From: an uncultured Actinomycetota bacterium | GTDB taxonomy: Bacteria; Actinomycetota; Actinomycetes; JAHEKZ01 | Assembly: GCA_963718235.1 (NCBI GenBank) | Contig: CAVQYR010000002.1 | Location: 416,001-480,000, forward strand | Reading direction: 5' to 3' | DNA length: 64,000 bases | Shown: in pieces, positions 9,357 through 18,051 of the stretch | How the letters are laid out: each line of letters starts with the position of its first letter | Position numbering within the stretch: position 1 is the stretch's first letter | Notes under the pieces: model-generated | What the model was told of the DNA's origin: nothing | Seen by the model: the letters and a program-made list of their open reading frames with translations, nothing else | The model's database searches: none | Translations under genes and position numbers: made by a program

Positions 9357-11118
9357 GGGGCGCCTGGGGTGGTGGCTGGATGTCGACGCCACGAGGTGGC
9401 GTCCCGTGCCGCTCGGCGTACCACGCGACGTACGCGGCGACCGCCGTCGGCAGCGTCGGGAAGATCCTGTCCTCACCGACCAGGTCGATGAAGCCACCCG
9501 CGGCGAAGTCGTCGCGGAGGTCCTGTTTCACCCGAGCCATCGCGAAGACGACGCCCTGCTTGCGCAGCTCCTCGACGAGCTCGGTCATGGCGTCGACCGC
9601 GGTGATGTCGATCTCGACGTTGGCCTCGGTGTTGAGCACGAACCACTCGACCGGTTCGTCGGCGGCATCCAGGGCCGACATGGCTCGGCGGCGGAAGTCG
9701 TCCCCGTTGGCGAAGAAGAGGGGGGAGTCGTAGCGGTAGACGATCAGGCCGGGTACGAGCCGCGCGGACTCGTAGTCGTCGATGTCGTGCATGCCGGCCA
9801 GCCCGGGCACGTAGCCGAGGATGCCGTCGTGCGGGCGGGCGACCCGACGCAGCAGGTCGATGAGCGACAGGGCCACCGCGATCAGCACGCCATACAAGAT
9901 GTCGAACAGCAGGACACCGGCGGTCGTCGACAGGGCGAGCACGAGCTCACTGGTCCGGAACTGCCTGATCCGGCGGAACTCGGCGACGTCGATGAGTCGC
10001 GTCGCCGCATAGATCACGATCGCCCCGAGCGCGGCGTACGGGAACAGGGCGAGCACTGGACCCAGGAAGAGCAGCACCAGCACGACACCGAGCAGGGCCA
10101 CCAGCGAGTACAGCTGGCTCTTGCTGCCCAGCGAGTCCCCGATCACCGTGCGGCTCCCGCTGCTGCTGACCGGGAACCCCTGGAACAGGCCGCTCGACAG
10201 GTTGGCCCCGCCGAGGGACAGCAGCTCCTGGTTCGCGTCGATCGTGTAGTTGTTGCGGTCGGCGAAGGCACGGGCGGTGAGGACGTTGTCGGAGTAGCCG
10301 ACGATGAGCACGCCCACTGCCGGCAGGAGCAGAGCCTTCAGCTGGTCGGTGGTGACCGACGGCACCTGCGGCGAGGGGATCCCGACCGGGATCTCGCCGA
10401 CTACGGGCAGCCAGGCGTCGAGACCGAGAAGGGCAACCGCCCCCGTGGCGACCACGATGGCCAGCAGGGGCCAGGGCCACCTGGGGCGGAGTCGGGAGCC
10501 GACGAACATCAGGACGAGCACGGCAGCGGTGAACGCAGCGATCCCCACGTTCAGCTCGTCGAAGTGGGCGACGAAGGAGCGCACCTCCTCGACCAGGGTG
10601 TCGCCCTCGACGTCGATGCCCGTGACCTTGCTCAGCTGGCTGATGATCATGATGACCGCGACGCCGGCCATGTACCCGGTCAGCACCGGCTTGCTGAGCA
10701 GCTCGGCGAGGAAGCCCAGCCGGGCGAAGTAGGCAAGCACGGACAGGACCCCGACGATGACGGCCAGAGCGGCCGCCAGGGCCGCGTAGTCGCTGGCGCT
10801 CCCAGCGGCGAGCCCGCCCACGGCCGTCGCCGTCATGAGGGCGGTGGTGGACTCCGGGCCGACCGAGAGCTGGCGCGACGAGCCGACGAACGCGTAGACG
10901 GCCAGCGCCGGCATGATCGCCCACAGGCCGGCGACGGGCGGAAGCCCGGCGATCCCCGCGTACGCCATGACCTGCGGGACGAGGTACGCCGCCACGGTGA
11001 TCCCGGCGATGACGTCGAGCCGAAGCCATGGGCGCTCGTAGTGCCGTAGCCGATCCAGCCCGGGCAGCAGCCGGGCGGTGCGCGAGCGCGGGGCGAGCGT
11101 GGGGCGTTCGGTGGTCAT
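9349..11118 (-). CDS. SulP family anion permease with STAS domain
   Basis: DVIAGITVAAYLVPQVMAYA, GSSRQLSVGP, NQEL, YRYDSPLFFAN. Start at ATG 11118; the longer ORF in the track is a shadow extension. Confidence 0.93.
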   Translation of the reverse strand: MTTERPTLAPRSRTARLLPGLDRLRHYERPWLRLDVIAGITVAAYLVPQVMAYAGIAGLPPVAGLWAIMPALAVYAFVGSSRQLSVGPESTTALMTATAVGGLAAGSASDYAALAAALAVIVGVLSVLAYFARLGFLAELLSKPVLTGYMAGVAVIMIISQLSKVTGIDVEGDTLVEEVRSFVAHFDELNVGIAAFTAAVLVLMFVGSRLRPRWPWPLLAIVVATGAVALLGLDAWLPVVGEIPVGIPSPQVPSVTTDQLKALLLPAVGVLIVGYSDNVLTARAFADRNNYTIDANQELLSLGGANLSSGLFQGFPVSSSGSRTVIGDSLGSKSQLYSLVALLGVVLVLLFLGPVLALFPYAALGAIVIYAATRLIDVAEFRRIRQFRTSELVLALSTTAGVLLFDILYGVLIAVALSLIDLLRRVARPHDGILGYVPGLAGMHDIDDYESARLVPGLIVYRYDSPLFFANGDDFRRRAMSALDAADEPVEWFVLNTEANVEIDITAVDAMTELVEELRKQGVVFAMARVKQDLRDDFAAGGFIDLVGEDRIFPTLPTAVAAYVAWYAERHGTPPRGVDIQPPPQAPLS

Positions 11119-11987
11119 CGGCGTCCCGCCTGTTCGTCCCAGAAGCGGGCGAGGGAGGTCACCGTCTCGTCCGGTCGATCGACGGCTGGCGAGTGCCCAC
11201 TGCCCGAGAGGACCACTTGCCGCGCGTCGAGCGCGTCGGCCATGTCGGCCTGCACCGACGGCCACCACGCGTCGTCGTGCTCCCCGGTGACGACGAGGGT
11301 CGGGATGGCCGTCGCCCTGAGCGCCTCGTTGCGGCAGGGCTCGCCGACTAGGACGTCGACCATGGCCAACAACGACTGCGGGTCGTTGCGACGAAACCGC
11401 TCCGCGAGGAAGGCGCTGACCCGCGGGTCGACTGCGGCATCGCTGCCTTGCTCGACCTCGAGCGCCTGCATGGCCTGCCAGAGGACCTCCGGACCGTGCT
11501 CGGCGAGCACCTCGGCGAACAGCCGCAGCCGCGGGTGCTGCTCGACCGGGAGGGCGGCCGGACCGGAGCAGACCAGGGCCAGCGACGCGAACCGGGTCGA
11601 GCGCAGCACAGCCTCCCGGCCGACCAGCCCCCCCAGCGAGTGACCCACCAGGTGGACCGGTCCCGGCGAGCAGGTGTCGGCAACGGCGAGCACGTCCTCG
11701 GCGAAGACCCCCAACGAGTACCGACCATCTGGTCGGGCGGGGCTCTCGTTCTGGCCGGACAGGTCGAGGGCCACCACGGCGTATCCCGACGCGCTCAGGG
11801 GTGCCAGCAGGGCGACGAAGTCCTCCTTGCTCCCGGTGAAGCCGGGGACGAGCAGCACGGTCTCCTCGACCACCCGGCTCGCCCCGGAGGCCGCCGGTCC
11901 GTGCAGGACGGCCAGGGGTCCCCGGCTCGTCTGCCTCAGCCCGGAGGAGAACCCCGGAGGCAGGTCGAGGTACGCAGGGGTGCTCAC
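11115..11987 (-). CDS. Alpha/beta hydrolase
   Basis: VPGFTGSKEDF, GHSLGG, GHSPA. GTG start with TATTCT 7 nt upstream. Stop overlaps the sulP ATG. Confidence 0.9.
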   Translation of the reverse strand: MSTPAYLDLPPGFSSGLRQTSRGPLAVLHGPAASGASRVVEETVLLVPGFTGSKEDFVALLAPLSASGYAVVALDLSGQNESPARPDGRYSLGVFAEDVLAVADTCSPGPVHLVGHSLGGLVGREAVLRSTRFASLALVCSGPAALPVEQHPRLRLFAEVLAEHGPEVLWQAMQALEVEQGSDAAVDPRVSAFLAERFRRNDPQSLLAMVDVLVGEPCRNEALRATAIPTLVVTGEHDDAWWPSVQADMADALDARQVVLSGSGHSPAVDRPDETVTSLARFWDEQAGRR

Positions 11988-12006
11988 GGCGGGCAGAATA
12001 GGCCAG

Positions 12007-12858
12007 GTGACCCGGACCCTGGCTGTGGCGAACCAGAAGGGTGGTGTCGCCAAGACCACGACCGTGGCCTCGCTCGGGGTGGCTCTGGCCGAGATGGGCC
12101 GCCGGGTCCTGCTCGTCGACCTCGACCCGCAGGCGTGCCTGACCTTCTCGTTGGGGCTGGACCCGGAGGCCGTCGAGCTGTCGGTCCACGACGTCCTCCT
12201 GGGCCGGGTCACCGCGGCGATGGCGATCCGGCCGGTCGACGAAGGAGTCGACCTGCTTCCGTCGACGATCGACCTGGCCGGCACCGAGATCGCCCTGCTG
12301 ACCGTCACGGGCCGGGAGTTCACCTTGCGACACGCCTTGTCGGAGGTGAGCCGCGACTACGACGACGTGATCCTGGACTGCTCGCCGTCCTTGGGGGTGC
12401 TGACCCTCAACGCGTTGACCGCGGCCGACGAGCTGCTGATCCCGCTGCAGTGCGAGACGCTGTCCCATCGAGGTGTCGGCCAGCTCCTCCAGACCGTGCA
12501 GGACGTCCAGCGGCTCACCAACAAGGACCTCACCGTCCTCGGGGTGCTGCCCACGTTGTTCGACTCGCGGACGATCCACGCACGAGCGGTCCTGGCCGAT
12601 GTCAGCACCCGTTACGACCTCACCGTCCTCGAGCCGCCGATCGCGAAGTCGGTGCGGTTCGCCGAGGCGCCGGCCGTCGGTCGGTCCATCCTCAGGACGG
12701 CGAGCTCGAGCAAGGGTGCCAGGGCCTACCGTGAGGTCGCCCGCAGGCTGGTCGTCGGCCCCTCTGCCCATGTGGCTGTCGATGTGGCCGTCGATCTGAC
12801 CGTCGAAGCGAAGGCGGACCTGCCTGCCGACCGGGTCGAGACCTCGGGAGTGACATGA
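12007..12858 (+). CDS. Orphan ParA/Soj family ATPase
   Basis: ANQKGGVAKTTT deviant Walker A, VDLDPQ, DCSPSLG. No parB nearby. Confidence 0.93.
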   Translation: MTRTLAVANQKGGVAKTTTVASLGVALAEMGRRVLLVDLDPQACLTFSLGLDPEAVELSVHDVLLGRVTAAMAIRPVDEGVDLLPSTIDLAGTEIALLTVTGREFTLRHALSEVSRDYDDVILDCSPSLGVLTLNALTAADELLIPLQCETLSHRGVGQLLQTVQDVQRLTNKDLTVLGVLPTLFDSRTIHARAVLADVSTRYDLTVLEPPIAKSVRFAEAPAVGRSILRTASSSKGARAYREVARRLVVGPSAHVAVDVAVDLTVEAKADLPADRVETSGVT

Positions 12859-13205
12859 GCGACCCACGCGACCGCCACAAGCCGGGCACCGACTTCAGTC
12901 GGCTGCACCCGGTGCTCCAGGGCGACGACACGCCGCGGGTCACCGAGGTCACGGCCGACCTGCAGGGGCGTCGCGCCCTCTTCAGCGGTGAGGGCACACC
13001 GCCGACCTCCCCGGCCGCCTCGACCGGTGCCGTGGTCGTCGACTGCGGTGACTGCGGTGAGCGAACGGTGCTGACGGCGGCGGCGGCGTTGCAGCACGTC
13101 GTTCCGTCGGTCCACCTGCCGTACCTCAAGCGCGACCACGGCTCATGGATGCGCTGCCCTGCCTGCCGCAGGCGCACCTGGGTCAGCGTCTCGATCCAGC
13201 TCTGA
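12855..13205 (+). CDS. Hypothetical protein with CxxC...CxxC zinc-ribbon
   Basis: CGDC and CPAC pairs. ATGA overlap with the parA stop. Confidence 0.75.
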   Translation: MSDPRDRHKPGTDFSRLHPVLQGDDTPRVTEVTADLQGRRALFSGEGTPPTSPAASTGAVVVDCGDCGERTVLTAAAALQHVVPSVHLPYLKRDHGSWMRCPACRRRTWVSVSIQL

Positions 13206-13213
13206 TCGCTTCG

Positions 13214-14893
13214 TCAGGAGGGCTGGGCTGCGGCGCCGGTGCCGGTGCCGGCACCGCCCCCACCGCGACGACGGCGCCGACGCCGCGGCGTCGAACCCGT
13301 CCCCGCTGCTGCGCCGTCGGAGGAGCCGGTCGCGGTGGCGGTACCACTGGTCGTCGAGGCGTTGGCGTCCGTGCCCGCCACCGCTGCACCACCGCGTGAG
13401 CGGGTGCGCTGGCGCTTCGGGCGCGGCGTGGACGACCGGGTGTCCTGGCTGCTGCTGCGGGACCCGCCCCGGGACCCGGCGGAGGAGCCTCCCGAGGAGC
13501 CGCTGCGGCGGCGGGAGTCGTCGCGCCCGGCGTTGCTGCGTGGCTTGCGCCCGGTCTCGCCGAGGTCCTCGAGCTCCTCGGCCTCCAGGCCCTCACGGGT
13601 CCGCTTGGACCTCGGGAGGCGGCTGCCGGCTGCGCGCGCGATGCCCAGCTCCTCGAACAGGTGGTCCGACGTCGAGTACGTCTCACGTGGCTCGGGGAAG
13701 GACAGGTCGAGGGCCTTGTTGATCAGGCTCCACTTCGGCAGGTCGTCCCAGTCGACGAACGTGACCGCGACCCCGCTGGCTCCGGCCCGAGCGGTGCGCC
13801 CGATCCGGTGGACGTAGGTCTTGGCGTCCTCGGGGCAGCTGTAGTTGATGACGTGGGTGATGCCCTCGACGTCGATCCCGCGAGCCGCGACGTCGGTGGC
13901 GACCAGGATGTCGACCTTGCCGTTGCGGAAGGCCCGCATGGCCTGCTCGCGGGCACCCTGTCCGAGGTCTCCGTGCACCGCCCCCACGGCGAACCCGCGC
14001 TCGGTCAGGTCGTCGGCCAGCCGCTGCGCGTGCCGCTTGGTGCGGCAGAAGACCACGGTGTGACCACGCCCGGTGGCCTGGAGGATGCGGGCCATCACCT
14101 CGGGCTTGTCCAGCGGGTGCGCGCGGAACACGTGCTGCTCGACGGTCTTGACCAGCTGGCTGCCGTCCTCGTCGGGCGACACCGCGCGGATGTGGGTGGG
14201 CTGGCTCATGTAGCGGCGGGCCAGGGTCACGACGTCACCGGGCATGGTCGCGGAGAACAGCATGGTCTGACGGTCTGCGGGCGTCAGGCCGACGATCCGC
14301 TCGACGTCGGGCAGGAAGCCCATGTCGAGCATCTCGTCGGCCTCGTCGAGCACGAGCGAGTGGACGGCTCCGAGGTGGAGGTGGCGCTTCTCGACCAGGT
14401 CGAGCAGGCGCCCGGGTGTGCCCACGACCACGTCGACGCCGGTCTCGAGCGCCTCGATCTGCGGCTCGTAGGAGCGGCCGCCGTACACCGTGAGCACCCG
14501 CACGCCTCGCGTCTTGGACGCGTGCCGGATCTCGTTGGCCACCTGGATGGCCAGCTCACGGGTCGGGACGACGACCAGCGCCTGCGGGGTGGCCCGCGGC
14601 TCGTGGTCGGGGTGCACCGGGTCGAGCGGCGCCACGAGGCGCTGCAGCAGGGGCAGGGCGAAGCCGAGGGTCTTGCCGGTTCCCGTCTTGGCCTGGCCGA
14701 TGACGTCGTGGCCCTCCAGGGCCACGGGCAGTGTCATCTCCTGGATGGGGAACGCGTCGATGATGCCGAGGGCGGCGAGGTCGGCGACAGTCTCGTCGCG
14801 CACGCCGAGTTCGGTGAACGTGGTCAGGGCTTCCGCCTTGTCGTCGCGCGGGGGCCAGGCAACCTGCGCCGGGATCCAGCGCGGGGCGGCCAC
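13214..14893 (-). CDS. DEAD-box RNA helicase (start uncertain; possibly CTG at 14827)
   Basis: Q motif FPIQ, AKTGTGKT, PTRELA, DEAD, SAT, HRIGRTAR, basic C-terminal tail. Confidence 0.95.
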   Translation of the reverse strand: MAAPRWIPAQVAWPPRDDKAEALTTFTELGVRDETVADLAALGIIDAFPIQEMTLPVALEGHDVIGQAKTGTGKTLGFALPLLQRLVAPLDPVHPDHEPRATPQALVVVPTRELAIQVANEIRHASKTRGVRVLTVYGGRSYEPQIEALETGVDVVVGTPGRLLDLVEKRHLHLGAVHSLVLDEADEMLDMGFLPDVERIVGLTPADRQTMLFSATMPGDVVTLARRYMSQPTHIRAVSPDEDGSQLVKTVEQHVFRAHPLDKPEVMARILQATGRGHTVVFCRTKRHAQRLADDLTERGFAVGAVHGDLGQGAREQAMRAFRNGKVDILVATDVAARGIDVEGITHVINYSCPEDAKTYVHRIGRTARAGASGVAVTFVDWDDLPKWSLINKALDLSFPEPRETYSTSDHLFEELGIARAAGSRLPRSKRTREGLEAEELEDLGETGRKPRSNAGRDDSRRRSGSSGGSSAGSRGGSRSSSQDTRSSTPRPKRQRTRSRGGAAVAGTDANASTTSGTATATGSSDGAAAGTGSTPRRRRRRRGGGGAGTGTGAAAQPS

Positions 14894-14940
14894 ACCGCTG
14901 TAAGACCCCCAGTCTAGCGGTCTCGCCTACGCTGACCCTC

Positions 14941-15630
14941 ATGACCACCGCCGAGGTCGACGAGCTGGCCGATCCGCAGTACCGCGCCGCCGTGGTCGAC
15001 CTGCTCGGTGTGCTGGCCTACGGCGAGCTCAGCGCCTTCGAGCGGCTGTCCGACGACGCGGCAATGGCTCCCACCCTGACCGACCGGGCCAAGGTCGCCG
15101 CGATGGCGTGCGCGGAGTTCGGCCACTTCGTGCTGCTGCGCGACCGTCTGGGCAGCCTGGGCGCCGACCCCGAGGAGGCTATGCGGCCGTTCGTGGCCCC
15201 GCTGGAGGCCTTCCACGCCTCGACCGCACCCGCGGACTGGCTCGAGGGTCTGGTCAAGGCGTACGTCGGCGACGGGATCGCCGCGGACTTCTACCGCGAG
15301 ATCGCCCAGCACCTCGACACCTCGACCAAGGCCCTGGTGCTCGAGGTGTTCGCGAACACCGGGCACGCCGCCTTCGTGGTGGAGACGGTGCGTGAGGCGA
15401 TCGCCAGCGATCCCCGGGTCGGAGGTCGGCTCGCCCTGTGGGGGCGCCGACTGGTGGGGGAGGCGCTGAGCCAGGCGCAGCGGGTGGCGGCCGAGCGCGA
15501 CGGGCTGACCGTGCTGCTGGTCGGGGGGGTGGACCGACCCGGCGTCGACCTGGCCGAGATCGGACGGATGTTCGCCCGGCTCACCGAGGCGCACAGCCGG
15601 CGGATGTCGGCCCTGGGCCTGGCCGCCTGA
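14941..15630 (+). CDS. Ferritin-like fold protein (MiaE-like)
   Basis: LAYGELSAFERL, EFGH, WLEGLVKAYVGDG, H...RM metal ligands. Divergent from the helicase, as in Rv3210c/Rv3211. Confidence 0.88.
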   Translation: MTTAEVDELADPQYRAAVVDLLGVLAYGELSAFERLSDDAAMAPTLTDRAKVAAMACAEFGHFVLLRDRLGSLGADPEEAMRPFVAPLEAFHASTAPADWLEGLVKAYVGDGIAADFYREIAQHLDTSTKALVLEVFANTGHAAFVVETVREAIASDPRVGGRLALWGRRLVGEALSQAQRVAAERDGLTVLLVGGVDRPGVDLAEIGRMFARLTEAHSRRMSALGLAA

Positions 15631-15640
15631 GCCCGACGGG

Positions 15641-15865
15641 TCAGGCGCCGAAACCGACCCGGCCCCGCGTGGGCTCGCCGAGCTCGACGTAGGCCAGCGT
15701 GGCCGTGGGGACGAGCACCCGGCGGCCCTTGGTGTCGGTCAGGTCGAGGATCCCGACGGTGTCCTCGACGGCGGTGCGCACGGCGGCGGCGACGTCGTCG
15801 GCGGCGTCGTCGGTCTCGATGACCAGCTCTCGGGGCGCACCCTTCACACCGATCTTGACCTCCAC
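15641..15865 (-). CDS. DUF3107 family protein
   Basis: VEVKIGV..APREL...LTDTKGRRVLVP...AYVELG...VGF. SD GGAGG upstream. Confidence 0.9.
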   Translation of the reverse strand: MEVKIGVKGAPRELVIETDDAADDVAAAVRTAVEDTVGILDLTDTKGRRVLVPTATLAYVELGEPTRGRVGFGA

Positions 15866-15929
15866 GCCAACCTCCGTCATCTGCAGGACCCGGCACGCAC
15901 CAGCCCGGAGCGCGGGCTGCAGGTGCAGG

Positions 15930-16568
15930 CTAACCGAGGCCGTCGGGGTCGGTTTCGCCGGTGCGGGGGAACCCCGAGATGCCCCGCCAGGACAGCGCGC
16001 TGACCAGGGCCACCGCGACGTCCTGAGGGACCGGCCGGCCTCGGGTGAGCCAGTAGCGGGCGGCCACCTGAGCGGCGCCGGTGAGTCCGGTGGCGAGCAG
16101 CATCGATGCCGCGTCGTCCAGGCCGGTGTCCTCGGCGATGACCGCGCTGACGGCCAGCGCGCAGGCGTGGTCGGCCCGGTCGACCCGCTCCCGGACGGCC
16201 GGTTCGGCGGTGAGGTCGGACTCGAAGACCAACCGGAAGGCGCCGGCCTGCTCGGCGACGAAGGCGAAGTAGGCGGCGATGGTGCCCTCGACCCGCAGCT
16301 TGTTGTCGGTGGTCGAGGCGAGCGCCTCGGCGACGGCCGCCACCAGCTGGTCGGTGCCGGCGTCGAGCAAGGCCAGGTAGAGGTCCAGCTTCCCGGGGAA
16401 ATGCTGGTAGAGGACGGGTTTGCTGACCCCGGCCCGCTCGGCGATGTCGTCCATCGCGGCGGCGTGGTAGCCCTGGGCCACGAAGGTCTCCAGGGCAGCG
16501 GCCAGCAGCTGTTGGCGTCGCTCGACCCGGGGGAGGCGCACCCCCCTGGTGCCACTGGCCACGGTCAT
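15930..16568 (-). CDS. TetR/AcrR family transcriptional regulator
   Basis: GYHAAAMDDIAERAGVSKPVLYQHFPGK HTH. C-terminal WRGISGFP typical of the Rv3208 type. Confidence 0.93.
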   Translation of the reverse strand: MTVASGTRGVRLPRVERRQQLLAAALETFVAQGYHAAAMDDIAERAGVSKPVLYQHFPGKLDLYLALLDAGTDQLVAAVAEALASTTDNKLRVEGTIAAYFAFVAEQAGAFRLVFESDLTAEPAVRERVDRADHACALAVSAVIAEDTGLDDAASMLLATGLTGAAQVAARYWLTRGRPVPQDVAVALVSALSWRGISGFPRTGETDPDGLG

Positions 16569-16611
16569 GGCCGGCGAGCCTACCCCCAGGGCTACTCGTT
16601 GGTAACCGCGC

Positions 16612-16785
16612 TCAGCGGTACTCGTCCTCGTCGATCGGCACTTCCAGGGCGCCGTCGAGCGCATCGGCCTCGTCGAGCTCGGCCTGGTCGTCGAGCTCGG
16701 CCTGAACCGTCGTCTCCACCTCGGCGAGCTCCGCTGACGGCTCACCGACCTCGACCGGATCCACGCGTGGGCTGGAGTCGGACAT
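16612..16785 (-). CDS. Small acidic hypothetical protein (57 aa, not in ORF track)
   Basis: SD GAGGAGG then ATG: MSDSSPRVDPVEVGEPSAELAEVETTVQAELDDQAELDEADALDGALEVPIDEDEYR*. Confidence 0.7.
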   Translation of the reverse strand: MSDSSPRVDPVEVGEPSAELAEVETTVQAELDDQAELDEADALDGALEVPIDEDEYR

Positions 16786-17041
16786 GGGACCTCCTCGGTG
16801 GGGCCTTCCACGCTACGCCTGGTGCCCGGCCGCCAGAACGGCCCCTCGATTGGGGTCCGGATTGGGTCGAGTGGGTGACGCGCGGTGCCGAAAGAGAGCA
16901 AGGGGGCGGGATTTGCCGCCACGGTTTGTCACACTGCCCCTGGGGGTCTCTTTCGAAACGGGCGGACCGAACGTGCGGACCGACCATGCGGACGGAGATC
17001 GGATCGGTCGTGAGGCCGCGGACGAGCATGAGGGGACGACG

Positions 17042-18049
17042 GTGACGAACAGCGCAACTCTGCTGTCGGCCCTGCGCGCCGTGCCGGGCGTGGCCACGGC
17101 CGACATCGAGCCCGACGAGCGTCCGGACGGCGCGGGCACGCTGCGCCTCCAGCTCGACCCCGGGGCCGACGAGGTCGCGGTGGCGACGAGCGTCAACCGG
17201 GTGCTGCGCGAGCAGTTCGGTCTCGCCGTCGACGCCAACCGGGTGCAGGTCGTCGAGGAGGCTGCACCGGCGCGCCGCGCCGACCTGCCCGCCGACCCGT
17301 TGACCGCCCCGATCGGCGACGTCCTGGCCCAGGCCGCACCCCCGCAGCCGACCGCGGAGTCGGCTACCCAGCCGGGCGAGGAGCCGGTGTCGTCGCGCCC
17401 CACGCTGACCGCGGTTCCCGGGTACCTCGGCACCGCCCACGGAGAGGCCGAGCCCGAGCCCGAGCCGGAGGGTGGCGCTTCGGCTCCGATCGGCTTCGAC
17501 CAGGGGCTGGGCGAATTCACCACCGGGCTGGCCCCTGCGTCGTTCGACACCGCTGCGGAGCCGTTCCTGCCCGACCAGGCACTCGTCGACACGGTGGAGA
17601 CGGCCTCGGACCAGGCCTCCGAGGAGGATGCGGAATCGGTCACGCTCCCCGCGCGCAGCCCCCGGATCCTGATCGCCCGGATGCAGCTGGTCTCCGCCGG
17701 GCTCGGTGTGACCACCGAGGTCACCTTGTCCTGGCTCGGCGACGCCTTCGCCGGACAGTCGGCGGCTGCGGCCACTCCGACCAGCGTGCACCGGTCGGTG
17801 GCCCAGGCCACGCTGCGCGCGGTCGAGTCGGTGGTGGGCAACCGGGCCCGGTTCGAGCTCGAGCAGCTCGAGATCAACCAGCTCGGCCCGGATCGGGCGG
17901 TCGTGGTCGTGGTGTCGATGCTCACCAAGGCCGGCTCGGAGCGGTTGACCGGTGTGTCGGTCGTGCGTGAAGACGTCCGGCAGGCGGTGATCCGCGCCAC
18001 CCTCGACGCCCTGAACCGGCGTCTGGAGTCGTTGCTGCTGTCGGCCTGA
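17042..18049 (+). CDS. Hypothetical two-domain protein; C-terminal domain resembles the LeuA regulatory domain
   Basis: GTG after SD GAGGGG. Folded N and C domains joined by an acidic Pro/Ala linker. Ends with DVRQAVIRATLDALNRR. Confidence 0.75.
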   Translation: MTNSATLLSALRAVPGVATADIEPDERPDGAGTLRLQLDPGADEVAVATSVNRVLREQFGLAVDANRVQVVEEAAPARRADLPADPLTAPIGDVLAQAAPPQPTAESATQPGEEPVSSRPTLTAVPGYLGTAHGEAEPEPEPEGGASAPIGFDQGLGEFTTGLAPASFDTAAEPFLPDQALVDTVETASDQASEEDAESVTLPARSPRILIARMQLVSAGLGVTTEVTLSWLGDAFAGQSAAAATPTSVHRSVAQATLRAVESVVGNRARFELEQLEINQLGPDRAVVVVVSMLTKAGSERLTGVSVVREDVRQAVIRATLDALNRRLESLLLSA

Positions 18050-18051
18050 CC

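Noticed and set aside
9349-12867. 1172-aa ORF as a giant SulP fusion
   Set aside because: The N-terminal half overlaps the real hydrolase and parA genes in shadow frames; SulP starts at 11118.
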